Source: Mobula hypostoma | Lineage: Eukaryota | Reading direction: 5' to 3' | Assembly (NCBI RefSeq): GCF_963921235.1 | Contig: NC_086097.1 | Location: 30,196,001-30,260,000, forward strand | Length of the DNA: 64,000 nucleotides | The notes under the pieces: model-generated | The model's database searches: none | Told to the model about the DNA's origin: nothing | The model's input: only the letters and a program-made list of their open reading frames with translations | Made by a program: the position numbers and the translations under genes | Shown here: positions 49,310 through 63,348 of the stretch, piece by piece | How positions within the stretch are numbered: the first letter of the stretch is position 1 | Layout of the letters: the number at the start of each line of letters is the position of its first letter

Positions 49310-50605
49310 CTTAGAACAATACAGGCCATTCAGCCTATAATGTTGTGCCAATCTTTTAATCTACTCCAAGATCATTTAACCCTTCCCTCCTACACAGCCC
49401 ATAACCCTCCATTTTTTTCTTTCGGCCACTTGTCTCTCAAAGAGATTCTTAAATTGTATTGGCCTCTACCACCGCCTCCAGCAGTACATTCCAGGCAGTT
49501 AGCACGACCTGTGTAAAAAAATACCGCTGACATCCCCCATAAACATTCCTACACTCACCCTAAAAGGACTTCCTCTGCTATTAACCATTGCCACCCTGAA
49601 GAAAACTCTCCGGCTGTCCAATATACCTATGCTGCATATCATCTTGTACACCTCTACCAAGTCACATCTCACCCTCCTTCACTCCAAAGAGAAAAGCCCT
49701 AGCTCGCACAACCTACCTTCATAAGTCATGCTCTCTAATCCAGGCAGCATCATGATAAATCTCCTCTGCTCCCTCTCTAAAGCCTCCACATCCTTCCTAT
49801 AAATCAGGCATCCAAGCTGAACACAATACTCCAAGTGTGGTCTAACCAGGGTTTTATAGAGCTGCAAATATGATCTAGCAGCTCCTGAATTTAATCCCCT
49901 GATTAATGAGGGAAGTCATTGATATCCCTCACAATACATTTCTTCTATTGTCTTCTGTATAGTCTCTGGGATTTTTGTATTGTACATTGTCACCCATGAG
50001 GTGGTCAGTTAATGTCCAGTACTCCCTTCCATTGGGTCTATCCTTGATAACCAAATTATCGTACATTTTCAAAGGCCTTATGCGGAGGAATATTTCGGGT
50101 TCATTTATTTATCACATGTTCACCAAAACATGCAGTGAAGTACATCATTTGCATTAACAACCAACACAATCTGTGCGCAGTTCTGGTTGCCTTATTATAG
50201 GAAGGATGTGGCTGTTTTAGAGAAGGTTCAGAGGAGATTCACCAGGTTGCTGCCTGGATTAGAGACAATGTCTTATGAGGATAGGTTGAGTGAGCTTGGG
50301 CTTCTCTCTTTCAAGCAAAGGAAGATGAGAGGCGACTTGATAGACATGTACAAGATGATAAGAGGCATAGATAGAGTGGACAGCCAGAGAATATAAATGT
50401 CTAATACGGGGAGGTGGCAGAATTCTAAGGTAATTGGAGGAAAGTATAGAATATGATAGAGGCTTTTAAAGAGGTTCCTAGACAGACACAAGAATTTGCA
50501 GAAATTGGAGGGGACGTGGACCATGTACAGGCAGAGGGGATTGGGTGCCATTAGATCAGCACATCATTGAGCCAAAGGGCCTGTTCCTGTACTGTGTTCT
50601 ATGTT
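49310..50605. mobile_element. Two CR1 3' fragments (minus ~49310-49910; plus ~50175-50605)
   Basis: QLYKTLVRPHLEYCVQ..; PYYRKDV..LEKVQRRFTRLLPGLE..MRGDLIDMYKMIRG. Confidence 0.85.
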
Positions 50606-52985
50606 CAATCTCTTCAGAGTCAAGATCAAAATCACAGGCACGTGTCATGAAATGTGTTGTTTTGTGGCAGCAGTACAGTGCAATATATAAAATATACTAT
50701 AAGTTACATAACAAATGTGTGTGTGTATATATATATATAAAATAGTGCATAAGAGAGCAAAATATCATGAGGTAGTGCTCATACATTCTTGGGCTGTTCA
50801 GAAATCTAAGAGCAGAGGGGATAAAGCTGTTCCTAAATTGTTGAGTGTAAATCTTCAGGCTCCTGTACCTTCTCCCTAATGGTAGTAATGAGAAGAGGAT
50901 ATGTCCCGGGTGGTGAGGGTCCTTACTGATGGACGTCATCTTTTTGAAGCATCCGCAGTCTGTAATCAAACCTGTCTCCACTCCCACCTAACACCAGCAG
51001 TGGTCTCCAGGAGGTCTGCTGTGTAAAAAAAACTTTCCCAGTAACGTTGATGAGTGGATTGGTGTCACACTATACAGAAACAGGCCCTTCAGCCCACTGT
51101 TGCCATGGTAGCCACCAACCACCCATTTACACAACCCTCCATCTAGCCCATTTCATTCCCCCAACATTCTCATGAACCAACCCTCCCCCAGGTTCTCCCC
51201 CCCCCCCCAGGATGTGGGAGAAAGAAAGCCAGTGTAGTCTTGTTGAAAATATGCAACCTACACATAGGAGGTCAAGGTTAAAAGTAGGTCACCGGAGGTG
51301 CAAGACTGTGGTGTACCCGCTGAAGTACTGTGTAACCACAACTGGCTTAACGTGAAATACATCAGCGTGCCAGTTAAATCTATGTGGCCCAAAGAACATG
51401 TGTTCCTCAGCTCCTTGACGTTACATGCTGGAGCCACCACCCTTCAGGACACAGTGACTGGGTCATCAGCTTTGAACTCATATCTGCCTGCAAAGCCGTT
51501 TCTTTTCTCACGCGCCCACCAGAGAGACAATTGGGCTTTCATTCCAAGGACTACTGTGTCATTTGCATTAACAACCAACATACCCAAGAATGTGCTGGAG
51601 ACCGCCTGAAAGTGTTGCCACATATTCTGGTGCCAACATAGCATGTTAGCACAACAGCATAAGCAGCAACAAAACAAAACAGGACAACAGCAACAACCCC
51701 CTTCCCACTCACACACCCACACAGTCCTCCAGCCCAGGACAGGCTGCCTCCAGGCCTCCAGTCCCTGACTCAGAATCGCAGACATCAGGCCTCTGACCCC
51801 CGGACAAGCTCACCCAGGGGCTTCAAACTTCAGATTTTCTACCTCTGGAATTGCCAAGCTCTGGAATCCAACACTTGGTTTTGCCCTCAAGACTTTGCTG
51901 ACCTCTGGGTATTGACCTCAGGATGCACTGATCACTGGTTTGACGTTTGGGCCTTGGCTTCCGAACTCTGACCACTATAGCCCAGGGGTGGGGTCCCCAG
52001 CCCAAACAGACCTGCAGTCTGGGCCTCGCCAACCTGGAACTCATTGGTCTCCTCAGCACCCAACAACCCCACGTCCAGGATCTTTGACCTTTGACTGCAG
52101 CGCACTCCAGTCTGGACTTCAACCTCTGGCTCCTGCCCCTGTCTCTTCATCTACTGTCCCTGACCTCTGATTCTCCCTCATCCCTGTCCCTAAACCCTAA
52201 CTTAAAGATTAAAAGATAAGTATTCACTTTATTGGTCACAAGTACATCAAAACATACAGTACAGTGAAAATGCATTGTTTGTGTCAACGACCAACACAGT
52301 TCAAGAATGAGCTGGGGATAGCCTGCAAGTGTTGCCATGCTTCTGGTAAGCACACAACTCACTAACCCTAACCATGTGTTTTTGGAATGTGGGAGGAAAC
52401 TGGAGCACCTCGAGGAAACCCACAGATTAACAGGGAAAATATACAAACTCTTTACAGACAGTAGTGAGGATTGAACCCCGGTGGCTGGTGATAGTTGGTG
52501 CTGTAAAGTGTTATGTCACCCCACTATGCTAACCCCTAATGCCTCGCACTGTCCCCACGAACCTGAAAGAGCAACTAAACCTGAGTCCTGGGGTTGAGGC
52601 CTAAAGGTCAAAGTCCCGTGATCGATGGACATGGCAGCTCAGCACACCTTGACTGGGAGGTCAGGCCTCTAGCTAATGAAATTCCTCTTGTTCTCTGATC
52701 TAAAGTGATGTCCTTGTATTCTGAGGCTGTGCCCTCTGATCCTGGGCTCCCTCAGAATAGAAAACAGCCTCTCCATGTCTACTCTATCTCAGCCTTTCAA
52801 GCAGTGGGATAGATTGACCAAAACAAAGTATATTTAATCTAAAATGAAGATGAATTTAATTCTAACTGCTTTATGTTTGCCACATTCAGTCATCTGGTAT
52901 CACCCTATCAGAGATATTCCCTTTGCTGTACTTGTTTACTCTTCCCCACTGTCTGCTTACTGAAAGTGATCTTGCCATCTCTCTA

Positions 52986-53464
52986 GCAACACACAAAATG
53001 CTGGAGGAACTCAGCAAGTCAGGCAGTATCTAGGGAGGGGAATAAACAGTCAATGCTTTTGGCCGAGACCCTTCATCAGGAGTGGGGGAATGAGGTGACC
53101 TGCCCATCACCTCCCTCTGGTTTCCCTGCTGCTTGCCATTCTCCCATGGACCACTGTCCCCTCCTATCAGATTCCTTCTTCTTCACCTTTTCCACCTATC
53201 ACCTCCCAGCTTCTTACCTCATCCCCTCCTCCTCCACACACACTCTTTCCCCCTCACCTGGTCTTACCTATCTCCTGTCAGCTGTACTCCTTCCCCTCTC
53301 CACTATTCTGACTTCTTCCCCCACCCTTTCCATTCCCGGTGAAGGGATTCGCCTGAAACATTGGTTATTCCTCACGATCGGTGCTGCCTGTCCTGCTGAG
53401 TTCCTCCAGCATTTTGTATGTGTTACTATTTCCAACATTTGCAGAATCCCTTGTGCGTTTGGTT
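52986..53464. mobile_element. ORF-less inverted-pLTR Penelope unit inserted into an older pLTR (~52890-53590)
   Basis: Minus-strand pLTR end joined to a plus-strand pLTR, each with a decayed hammerhead. 8-bp TSD TCTCTCTA (52978-52985, 53465-53472). Confidence 0.75.
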
Positions 53465-53804
53465 TCTCTCTATCCCAGACCGGTAATGTTGACTATGTTT
53501 CTCTCCACAGATGCTGCCTGACCAACTGAGTGTTTTCCTAGAATTCTTTTTCTTTGCTTCAGCTTACTAGCATCTGCTGTATCATTAGTTTGGACCTTAG
53601 TGACTATTACGATTGCAGGATGAAAGCGACTCTGTCCCCCCCCCCCCCAGCATAACAACATCCTGGGGTACAGGTGATGCTGCTGTGGTACATCGATCCA
53701 AATAGATCAACTCATCACTTGCCTGTCATAGGACTGCAGGTGGACCTAAGAACCCTGGAGAGCCCAGAATCATTTGTTCCTGTAAAGTGCAAGTTCTGGC
53801 GCTT

Positions 53805-54640
53805 TTAGAGTCATAAAGTCATATAGCACAACAGCGCAGAAACAGGCCCTTTGGCCCATCTAGTCCATGCCAGGCTGGTTTTCTGCCTAGTCTCATCTAC
53901 CTATATCCAGACCACAGCCCTCTATACCTTCCCATCCATGTACATGTCAAAACGTTGCTGAAGTGTCGAAATCGAACCTGCATCCACCACCTCCACTGGC
54001 AGGTCATTCCACACTTGCAACACCCTCTGTGTGAAGAATTTCCCCCTCAGCTTCTCTTTTAATATTTCACCTTTCATCCTCAACCCATAACCTCTAGTTC
54101 TAGTCTCACCCAACCTCAGTGAGAAAAGCCTGCTTGCATTTACCTTATCTGTACCCCTCATAATTTTGTATATCTCTATCAAATCTCCCCTCATTCTCCT
54201 AAACTCCAGAGAATAAAGTCCTAATCTATTCAGCCTTTCCCTATAACTCAAGTCTCAGCAACATTCTTGTAAATTTTCTCTGCAATCTTTCAATTTTATT
54301 GATGTCTTTCCTGTAGATAAGTGACCAGAAGCACAGATAATAATCCAGATTCAGCATCAACAATGTCTTATACAACTTCAACAAAACTCCTCCACTCCAA
54401 TACACAATGCCCTGATTTATGAAGCCTAATTAGTTCTCTTTATGACCCTTTCGAGGAACTATGGATCTGTATTCCCATATCCCTCTGTTCTACCGCTCTC
54501 CTCGGTGCCCTACCACTCATTTGTAAGTCCTACCCTAGTTTGTCTTACAAAATTGCAACAGCTCACAATTGTCTGTGTTAAATTCCATCTGCCATCTTTC
54601 AGCCCATTTTTCCAGCTGGTCCAGATCATTCGGCAAACTT
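53805..54640 (-). mobile_element. CR1 3' fragment
   Basis: SYRERLNRLGLYSLEFRRMRGDLIEIYKIMRG..FFTQRV..VWNDLP. Confidence 0.88.
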
Positions 54641-54739
54641 CACCTTCATTTGCGTCAAATCATGCGGTTTTGAGGAGAATGTATCCCTGTCATTGTAATA
54701 GTGCTACACTAACTATTATATTACATAATCTTCAAAGTT

Positions 54740-55600
54740 TGAAGTAAGTTCATTATCAAAGTACATATATGTCACCAGATACAACCCGAAGATTAATTTT
54801 TTGTGGGCAAACTCAATAAATCCATAACAGAATAATAGCCATAATAGAATCAGTTAAAGACCACACCAACTTGCCAGCAGTGTGTAAAAGACAACAAACT
54901 GTGCAAATAGAAAAAATAAATAAATAATAATAATAAATAAATAAGCAATAATTATTAAGAACATGAAATGAAGAGTCCTTGAAAATGAGTCTGTAGGTTG
55001 TAGGAACATTTTAATGATGGGACCAGTGAAGTTGTGTGAAGTTATCCCCTTTGCTTCAAGTGCCTGGTGGTTGAGGGGTAATAGCTGCTCCTGAACCTGG
55101 TCATGTGAGACCTGAGGCTCCTGTACTTTCTTCCGGAGGGCAGCAGCAAGAAGAGAGCGTGTCCGGGATGATAGGGTTCCCTGATGACGGATGCTGCTTT
55201 CTTGCAACAATGTTTCATGTAGATGTGTTCAATGATGGGAAGGACTTTTTTTTGTACCCGTGACAGACTGGGCTTTATCCACTACTTTTTGTAGGATTTT
55301 CCGTTCAAGGGCATTGGCAATTCCATACCAGGCTGTGATGCAGCCAGTCAATATACTCTCTACTACACATCTATAGAAGCTTGTCAAAGTTTTAGGTGTC
55401 GTGCCGAACCTTAGCAAACTCCTAAGGAATTAGAGGCACTGCCGTGCTTTCTTCATTATTGCACTTTCATGCTGGGACAGACCCTCTGAAATAATAGCAC
55501 CAAGGAATCTAAAGTTACTGACCCTCTCCACCTCCAATCCTCCGATGAAGACTGGCTCATGGACTTTCGGTTTCCTTCTCCTGAAGTCAATAGCCAGCTT
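54740..55600 (-). mobile_element. Rex1/Babar-like 3' fragment
   Basis: VERVSNFRFLG..KKARQCL; TPKTLTSFYRCVVESILTGCITAWYG. Confidence 0.85.
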
Positions 55601-56024
55601 TCTTGCTGTCTTGGTGTTATCTGCAAATTTGTTCATCCGGTTTACCACATTATTATCAAAATTATTAACATAGACATCAGTGGACCCAGTACTGATCCCT
55701 GTGGCATTCCATTCATTGCAGTCAGTACTGTAACATAGATTAGCTTACTTTTCCCAGTGCACATTAACAAGTGTTATTAGCTTGTTAAACTAAAATACAC
55801 ATAAATGATTGTCCTGTGGGTGTGTGGCTTATTTTGCTGGTCAAAAGGCACTTCTGTTGTGTCGATCGTGATTGGTCAGTTTAAAAACTGCAGCGGCTCT
55901 TACCACTGGTTGATTTGTGTGCCACAGTACCTAGTGTCCAGTTTCAAACACATCGGATATAAAATACAGCACCTGTGAGAGATTCTCTCTTTTCCCTTTG
56001 ACCCCAGAACCACTGGGAAGGTAT

Positions 56025-56764
56025 TGAATTGAATTGACTTTATTACTTGCATCCTTCATATACATGAGGAGTAAAAATCTTTATGTTATGTCTCTGCCTA
56101 AATGTACAATGTGTAATTTATAGTAATTTATAATAAATGGTATGTACAACAGGATAGTCAATATAACATGGAAATACAGTTGTGTCAGCATGAGTTAATC
56201 AGTCTGATGGCCTTGTGAAAGAAGCTGACCCAGGGCCTGTTGGTTTTGGCTTTTATGCTGCAGTACCGTTTCCCGGATGGTAGCAGCTGGAACAGTTTGT
56301 GGTTGGGGTGACTCAGGTCCCCAGTGATACTTTTTACACACCTGTCTTTGTAAATGTCCTGAATAGTGGAAAGTTCACAACTACAGATGCGCTGGGCCGT
56401 CCGCACCACTCTCTGCAGAGTCCTGCGATTAAGGGAGGTACAGTTCCCATACCAGGCAGTGATGCAGCCAGTCAGGATGCTCTCAATTGTGGTCCTGTAG
56501 AAAGTTCTTAGGATTTGGGGGCCCATACCAAATTTCTTCAACCATCTGAGGTGCCTTTTTCACCACACAGCCAGGATGTAGAGACCATGTGAGATCCTCG
56601 GTGATGTTTATGCTGAGGAATTTAAAGCTGTTCATCCTCTCAACCCCAGAACCATTGATGTCTATAGGGATTAGCCTGTCTCCGTTCCTCCTGTAATCCA
56701 CAACCAGCTCCTTTGTTTTTGCGACATTGAGGGAGAGGTTGTTTTCTTGACACCACTGTGTCAG
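56025..56764 (-). mobile_element. Rex1/Babar-like 3' fragment, (CAATT)n tail
   Basis: WCQENNLSLNVAKTKELVVDYRR..SFKFL; KKFGMGPQILRTFYRTTIESILTGCITAWYGNC. Possible TSD GGTAT (56020-56024, 56765-56769). Confidence 0.88.
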
Positions 56765-57526
56765 GGTATGATCTGCATGCACTTTTAACTAAGTATTTGT
56801 TTTTGTAGGTCTTGTAACCTGGGGGGGATTTAAATATTTGGCAATTGCTTTTACTGTTTATAGATAAATGATTTTTATACTTATTTGTATTCAATATTTT
56901 CTGTCTCACTCACCAATGCCATGAACCTGCTTCAACGTTACAATGAACCCAAGCTCCCCCAGTGGAAGTGTTGACTGAGCAGTTAAATTTTCAGCATTTC
57001 CAACCTTGGGTCGTTTGAAACATTATTTTCCACTTCAATAGTACCAGAATCATGGAAACAAAAAGTGACTGAGAAGCCCTGACATTTGGCCTCATTTGAG
57101 AGCTGAGGTTAACACCCACATTAAATCGGGCAACTGACAATCCTTCAAACCTTCTCGTCTCACTTCTCAATATTGATTGAAGTTTGAAACTTTTAAGATT
57201 GGCAACTTCTTTTAAATGCACTGCACCGTTGCCATTTCGGAGTCATATGACTTTGACTTACAGAGCTCCCTTTTGTTTTCACAAGAGGTGCATCCACAGG
57301 AGTACACTTAAATCCACGTGTTGCATTTACATCTAGCCTTCCTGTTACAATCTTCCACTAGACAAAGTGACTTCCAGAACCATAACTAGTATGAAAATGA
57401 GCTTTTGTTGCTCATCAGATTTCCCTCGATGCTACTTGTTATACTTTGCAATGAAGGGCTTCACATAAGGGCATAAACAGAAGAGATGGACCATTCAGCT
57501 GCTCTATTCTGTAAGATCTTTGGCCG

Positions 57527-57900
57527 CTCTCTCACGGTGGTGTCTGAAAAGAGGATGCTGTCTAAGTTGCATGCCATCTTGGTCAATGTCTCCCATCCAC
57601 TACATAATGTACTGGGTGGGCACAGGAGTACATTCAGCCAGAGACTCATTCCACCGAGATGCAGCACAGAGCGTCATAGGAAGTCATTCCTGCCTGTGGC
57701 CATCAAACTTTACAACTCCTCCCTTGGAGGGTCAGACACCCTGAGCCAATAGGCTGGTCCTGGACTTATTTCATAATTTACTGGCATAATTTACATATTA
57801 CTATTTAACTATTTATGGTTCTATTACTATTCATTATTTATGGTGCAACTGTACTGAAAACCAATTTCCCCCAGGATCAATAAAGTATGACTATGACTAT
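57527..57900 (+). mobile_element. Short 3' copy of the young Rex1/Babar family at 19037-20342
   Basis: SLTVVSEKRMLSKLHAILVNVSHPLH..GSDTLSQ and the 3' UTR are nearly identical to the other copy; (TATGAC)n tail. Confidence 0.93.
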
Positions 57901-58488
57901 GCTCCATCAAAGTTCCAAGTCAATTTATTATTGAAGTACAAATATGTCACCGTATACTACCCTGATTTTCATTTCTTTGCAGGCATTCACAGTAGAACCA
58001 AATACAATAAAATCAGTGAAAAACTACACACAAAGACTGAGAAACAATGCGCAAAAGAAGACAAACTGTGCAAATAAAAAGTAAGAATAATAAATAATTA
58101 AACAAATAAATAATACTGAAAACATGAGGTGCAGATTCTTTGAACAAATGTGGATTCAGTTCAGTGTTGAAGTGGGTGAGGTTATCCCCTCTGGTTCAGG
58201 AGCCTTATGGTTGAAGATTAATAACTGTTGCTGAACCTGGTGGTGTGGGACCTAAGGCTCTTGTACCTCCTTCCCAATGGTAGTAGTAAAAAGAGAGCAG
58301 GGCCTGGATGGTGGGGGACCTTTGATGATGGATGCTGCTTTCTTCTGGCAGCGCTCCTTGTAGATGTGCTCACTGGTGGGGAGATCTTTGCCTGTGATGG
58401 ACTGGGCTGTAGCCACCACTTTTTGTAGGCGTTTCCATTCCTGGGCATTGGTGTTTCCATACTAGGCTGTGATGCAACCAGTCAGGAT

Positions 58489-61400
58489 TTCCTGTGTTCC
58501 AGGGAAGGTGGGACTTGTTCCAACAGGATGGTTTGCACCTGGACTGGAGGGGGACTAGCATCCTTGTTTGCTAGTTCTGCTCAGGGGGGATTAAACTAGA
58601 TTTGCAGGGGCAGGGGAGCCAGAGTGTTAGAGCAGATAGTGAGGTGGAGGAGGAGAAAGGTCATGCGAGGACTGCATGTATAGACAGAAATCAAATGTTT
58701 GTACGTGATAGAAATGTTCTCAGGTGCATCTATTTCAATGCAAGGAGTATTGTAGGTAAGGCAGATGAGCTTAGGGCATGGATTGGCACATGGGATTGTG
58801 ACATTATTGCTATTAGTGAGACTTGGTTGCAGGAGGGGCAGGACTGGCAGCTTAATGTTCCGGGGTTCCGTTGTTTCAGACGTGATGGGGGGGGAGATGA
58901 AAGAGGGAAAAGTGGCATTACTAGTCAGGGAAAATATCACAGCTGTGTGTAGACAGGACAGCCCGGAGGGCTCGCCTACAGATGCCATATGGGTGGAGCT
59001 GAGGAATGGGAAAGGTGCGACCACACTAATAGTGTTGTATTATAGACCGCCCAATAGTCAGAGAGAATTGGAGGAGCAAATCTGTAGAGAGATAGCAGAC
59101 CGATGTAAGAAACAGAAAGTTGTAATAGTAGGGGATTTTAACTTTCCACATATTGACTGGAACACCCACACTGTGAAAGGGCTAGATGGCTTGGAGTTTG
59201 TCAAATGTGTTCAGGAATGTTTTCTAAATCAATATATAGAGGTACCAACGAGAGAGGATGCAATACTTGATCTCCTATTATGGAACCAGACAGGTCAGGT
59301 GACAGAAGTATGTGTAGGCGAACATTTTGGGTCCAGTGACCATAATGTCATTAGTTTCAAGTTAATTATGGATAAGGATAGGTCTGGTCCTCGAGTTGAG
59401 GTTCTAAATTGGTGAAAGGCCAATTTTGTGGAAATGAGAAAGGATCTAGGAAGAGTGGATTGGGATAAGTTGTTTTCTGTCAAGGATAGGTTCAGTAAGT
59501 GGAAGGCCTTCAAAGGCGAAATTTTGAGAGTGCAGAGTTTGCATGTTCCTGCCAGGATTAAAGGCGAAGTTAACAGGCGTAGAGAACCTTGGTTTTCAAG
59601 GGATATTGGTGATCTGGTTAAGAAAAAGAGAGAGGTGTATAGCAGATATAGGCAACAAGGAACAAGTGAGGTACTTGAAGAGTGTAGAAAATGTAAGAAA
59701 ATACTAAAGAAGGAAATCAGGAAGGCAAAAAGAAGACATGAGGTTGCTTTGGCAGATAATGTGAAGGTAAACCCGAAGGGTTTCTACAAGTATATTAAGA
59801 ATAAAAGGATAGTAAGGGACAAAATTTGTCCCCTAGTAGATCAGAGTGGTCATCTATGTGTGGAGCCTCACAAGAGGGGGGAGATCTTAAACAGTTTTTT
59901 TGCATTGGTATTTACTCAGGAAACTGGCATAGTGTATATGGAAGGAAGGGAAACAAGCAGTGGTGTCATGGAACATACAGAGATTAAAGAGGAGGAAGTG
60001 CTTGCTGCCTTACAGTGAATAAAGGTAGATAAATCCCCTAGGCCTGACATGATATTTCCTCGGACCTTGAGAGAGACTAGTGTGGAAATTGCAGGGGCCT
60101 GGTAGAAATATTTAAAATGTCCTTAGCCACAGGTGTGGGGCCGGAGGATTGGAGGGTAGCTCATGTTGTTCCGTTGTTTAAAAAAGGCTCCAAAAGTAAA
60201 CCAGGTAATTACAGGCTGGTGAGCCTGACATCAGTAGTAGGAAAAGTACTGGAAGGTGTTCTGAGAGATCGGATATACAAGTATTTGGACAGCCAAGGGC
60301 TGATTAAGGATAGTCAGCATGGCTTTGTGCGTGGTAGATCATGTTTAACAGATCTTGTAGAGCTTTTCAAGGAGTTACCAAGAAAGTAGATGAAGGAAAG
60401 GCTGTGGATGTTGTCAACATGGACTTTAGTAAGGCCTTTGACAAGGTCCCACATGGGAGGTTAGTTCAGAAGGTTCAGACACGAGGTATCCATGGAAAGG
60501 TTGTAAACTGGATTCGAAATCGGCTGTGTGGGAGAAGACAGAGAGTGGTAGTGGATGATTGCTTATCAGACTGGAGGCCTGTGACTAGTGATGTGCCTCA
60601 AGGATCTGTGCTAGGACCATTGTTGTTTGTTATCTGTATCAATGATCTAGATGCTAATGTGATAAATTGGATCAGCAAGTTTGCTGATGACACTAAGATT
60701 GGAGGCGTTGTGGACAGCGAGGAAGGCTTTCAAAGCTTGTAGAGGGATCTGGATCAACTGGAAAAATGGGCCAGAAAATGGCAGATGGAATTTAATGCAG
60801 ACGTGTGAGATGTTGCATTTTGGAAGGACAAATCAAGGTAGGACATACACAGTAAATGATAGGGCACTGAGGAGTGCGGAGGAACAAAGAGATCTGGGAG
60901 TTCAGATACATAATTCCCTGAAAGTGGCGTCACAGGTAGACAGGGTTGTAAAGAAGACTTTTGGCATCCTGGCATTCATTAATCAAAGTATTGAGTATAG
61001 GAGTTGAGATGTTATGGTGAGGCTGTATAAGACATTGGTGAGGCCAAATTTGGAGTATTGTGGGCAGTTCTGGTCACCTAACTATAGGAAGGATATCAGT
61101 AAGATTGAAAGAGTGCAGAGAAGATTTACTAGGATGTTGCTGGGTCTTTAGGAGTTGAGTTACAGGGAAAGATTGAACAGGTTAGGACTTTATTCCTTGG
61201 AGCGTAGAAGAATGAGGGCAGATTTGATAGAGGTTTACAAAATTATGAGGTGTATAGACAGAGTAAATGTGAATAGGCTCTTTCTACTTAGATTAGGAGA
61301 GATAAATAGAAGAGGACATGGCTTTAGGGTGAAAGGGGAAAGGTTTAGGGGGAACATTAAGGGGAACTTCACTCAGAGAGTGGTGGAAGTGTGGAACGAG

Positions 61401-61573
61401 CTGCCATCTGATGTGGTAAATGCGGGCTCATTCTTAAGTTTTAAGAATAAATTGGATAGATACATGGATGGGAGAGGTCTGGAGGGTTATGGACTGGGTG
61501 CAGGTCAATGGGACTAGCAGAATAAAGTTTTGGCACAGACTAAAAGGGCTGAATGGCCTGTTTTCTATGGTTC
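58489..61573 (+). mobile_element. CR1 LINE with ORF1 end and essentially all of ORF2 (APE plus RT), disrupted; inserted in a minus-strand Rex1-like fragment (~57910-61930)
   Basis: ORF1 esterase GRWDLFQQDGLHL. APE motifs YFNARSI, IAISETWL, YYRPPN, VGDFNFP, SSDHN. RT motifs DFSKAFDKVPH, VPQGSVLGPLLF, KFADDTK. Several stops and frameshifts. TSD CAGGAT (58483-58488, 61574-61579). Confidence 0.95.
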
Positions 61574-62084
61574 CAGGATACTCTCCACTGTGAATCTAGA
61601 GAAGTTTGTCAAAGTGTTAGATGACATGCCAGTTCAGCACAAACTTCTAAGAAAGTAGAGGTGCTGCCGTTGCCTTCTTTGTGATGGCACTTGTGTGTTT
61701 ATCCCAGGACACAGCCTCTGAAAATGATAACACCAAGGAATTTAAAGTTACTGACCCTCTCCACTTCCGATCCCCTAATGAGGACTGACTCATGGATCAC
61801 CAGCTTCTTCCTCCTGTCGTCAACAATCAGCTCTTTGGTTTTGCTGGCATTGAGTTAAGGCTCTACTCAACCAGATTTTCAATCTCCTTCCTATATGCCA
61901 TTTCATCACCACCTTTGATTTGGTCAACAACTGCCTTTTGTGATAATGAAGAAATCCTTAGCCAAACACAGCAAGACTTGGACACGTGAAGTACAACATA
62001 GAAAAAACACATAGAACGTAAAACAGAACATAGAACAGTATCGGCCCTCCAGCCCACAATGTTGTGCCAACCTATATAGTATGG

Positions 62085-62970
62085 AGTTCAGTTCTGGTTG
62101 CCTCATTACACGAAGGATGTGGAATCTTTAGAGAGGGTGCAGGGCAGATTTACCAGGATGCTGCCTGGATTAGAGAGGATAAAACATGAGGATGGGTTGA
62201 GTGAGCTACGGCTTTTCCCTTTGGAGCAAAGGAGGATGAGAGGTGACTTGATAGAGGTATGCAAGGTGATAAGAAGCATCAATAGACTGGGCAGCCAGAG
62301 ACATTTTCCCAGGGCAGTGGAAAATATTTAAGGTGATTGGATGAAAGTCTAGGTGGGGGTATGTTAGAAGTAGGTATTTTTACACAGAGAGTTGTGGGTG
62401 TGAGGAACGCACTGCCAGGGGTGGTGGTGGAGGCAGATACATTAGGGACATTCAAGCGAGAGACACATGGGTAGAAGAAAAACGGAGGGCTATGTGGCAG
62501 GAAAAGGTTAGATTGATCCTGCAGTAGGTTAAAAGGTCAGCACAACACTGTGGGCTGAATGGCCTGTAGAGTGCTATTCTATTATATGTATCTTCTAACC
62601 ATGTATGTACATACAACCTTTTTAATGTTATTAATATTACCTGCCTCAACCACTTCTTCTGGCAGCCTGTTCTATATAAGCACCACCTACCATGTGGAGA
62701 AGTAACCCCTAGTGTCCCTTTCATATGTTCCCCTTCTCACCTTAAACCTCTGCTGTATAATATTTAGTTCTCTTTCCTGGGAAAAAGATTGTGAGTATTC
62801 ACCCTCTCTACGTCCCTCGTGATTTTATACACTTCTCAGATCACCTCTCAGCCTCCTACCCTCCAAGGAGTAAAGTCCTCATCAGTGTGATTTTCCCTTA
62901 ACCTAGGACATTGTGCCCTGGCAACATTCTTTGTAAATATTTGTATTCTTCCATCTTAATGACATCTTTC
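62085..62970. mobile_element. Two CR1 3' fragments (plus ~62085-62590; minus ~62600-62970)
   Basis: PHYTKDVESLERVQGRFTRMLPGLE..MRGDLIEV; the antisense copy is decayed. Confidence 0.8.
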
Positions 62971-63348
62971 AAAGTGTTGGGTTGTTGCCCTGCAAGTGGG
63001 ACATCCTGGTTCACCTCTCCCACCAACTGACATGCAATAAGATTTAAGATTAGCTTCATTTGTCACTTAGACATCAAAATATATAGTGAAATGGGACATT
63101 TACATCATAAAAATATAAATGTACTGGAGGCAGCCCACAAGTGGTGCCAATGTAGCGTGCGCTCAACTTACCAACCCTAAGCAATACATCTTCAGAATGT
63201 GGGAGGCCAGAGGGCCCAGAGAAACCCACATGATCCTGGAGTGAATATACAGACTCTCTACAGGCAGCGGTGGTAACTTAACCCCGATCACTGATCACTG
63301 ATCACTGGCACTGTAAAGTGATTGTGCTAACCGCTATACCATCACGAC

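Noticed and set aside
55985..56024. 13-nt microexon (CCCCAG|AACCACTGGGAAG|GT)
   Set aside because: The donor coincides with a Rex1 insertion site, the length is not a multiple of 3, and no partner exons were identified.
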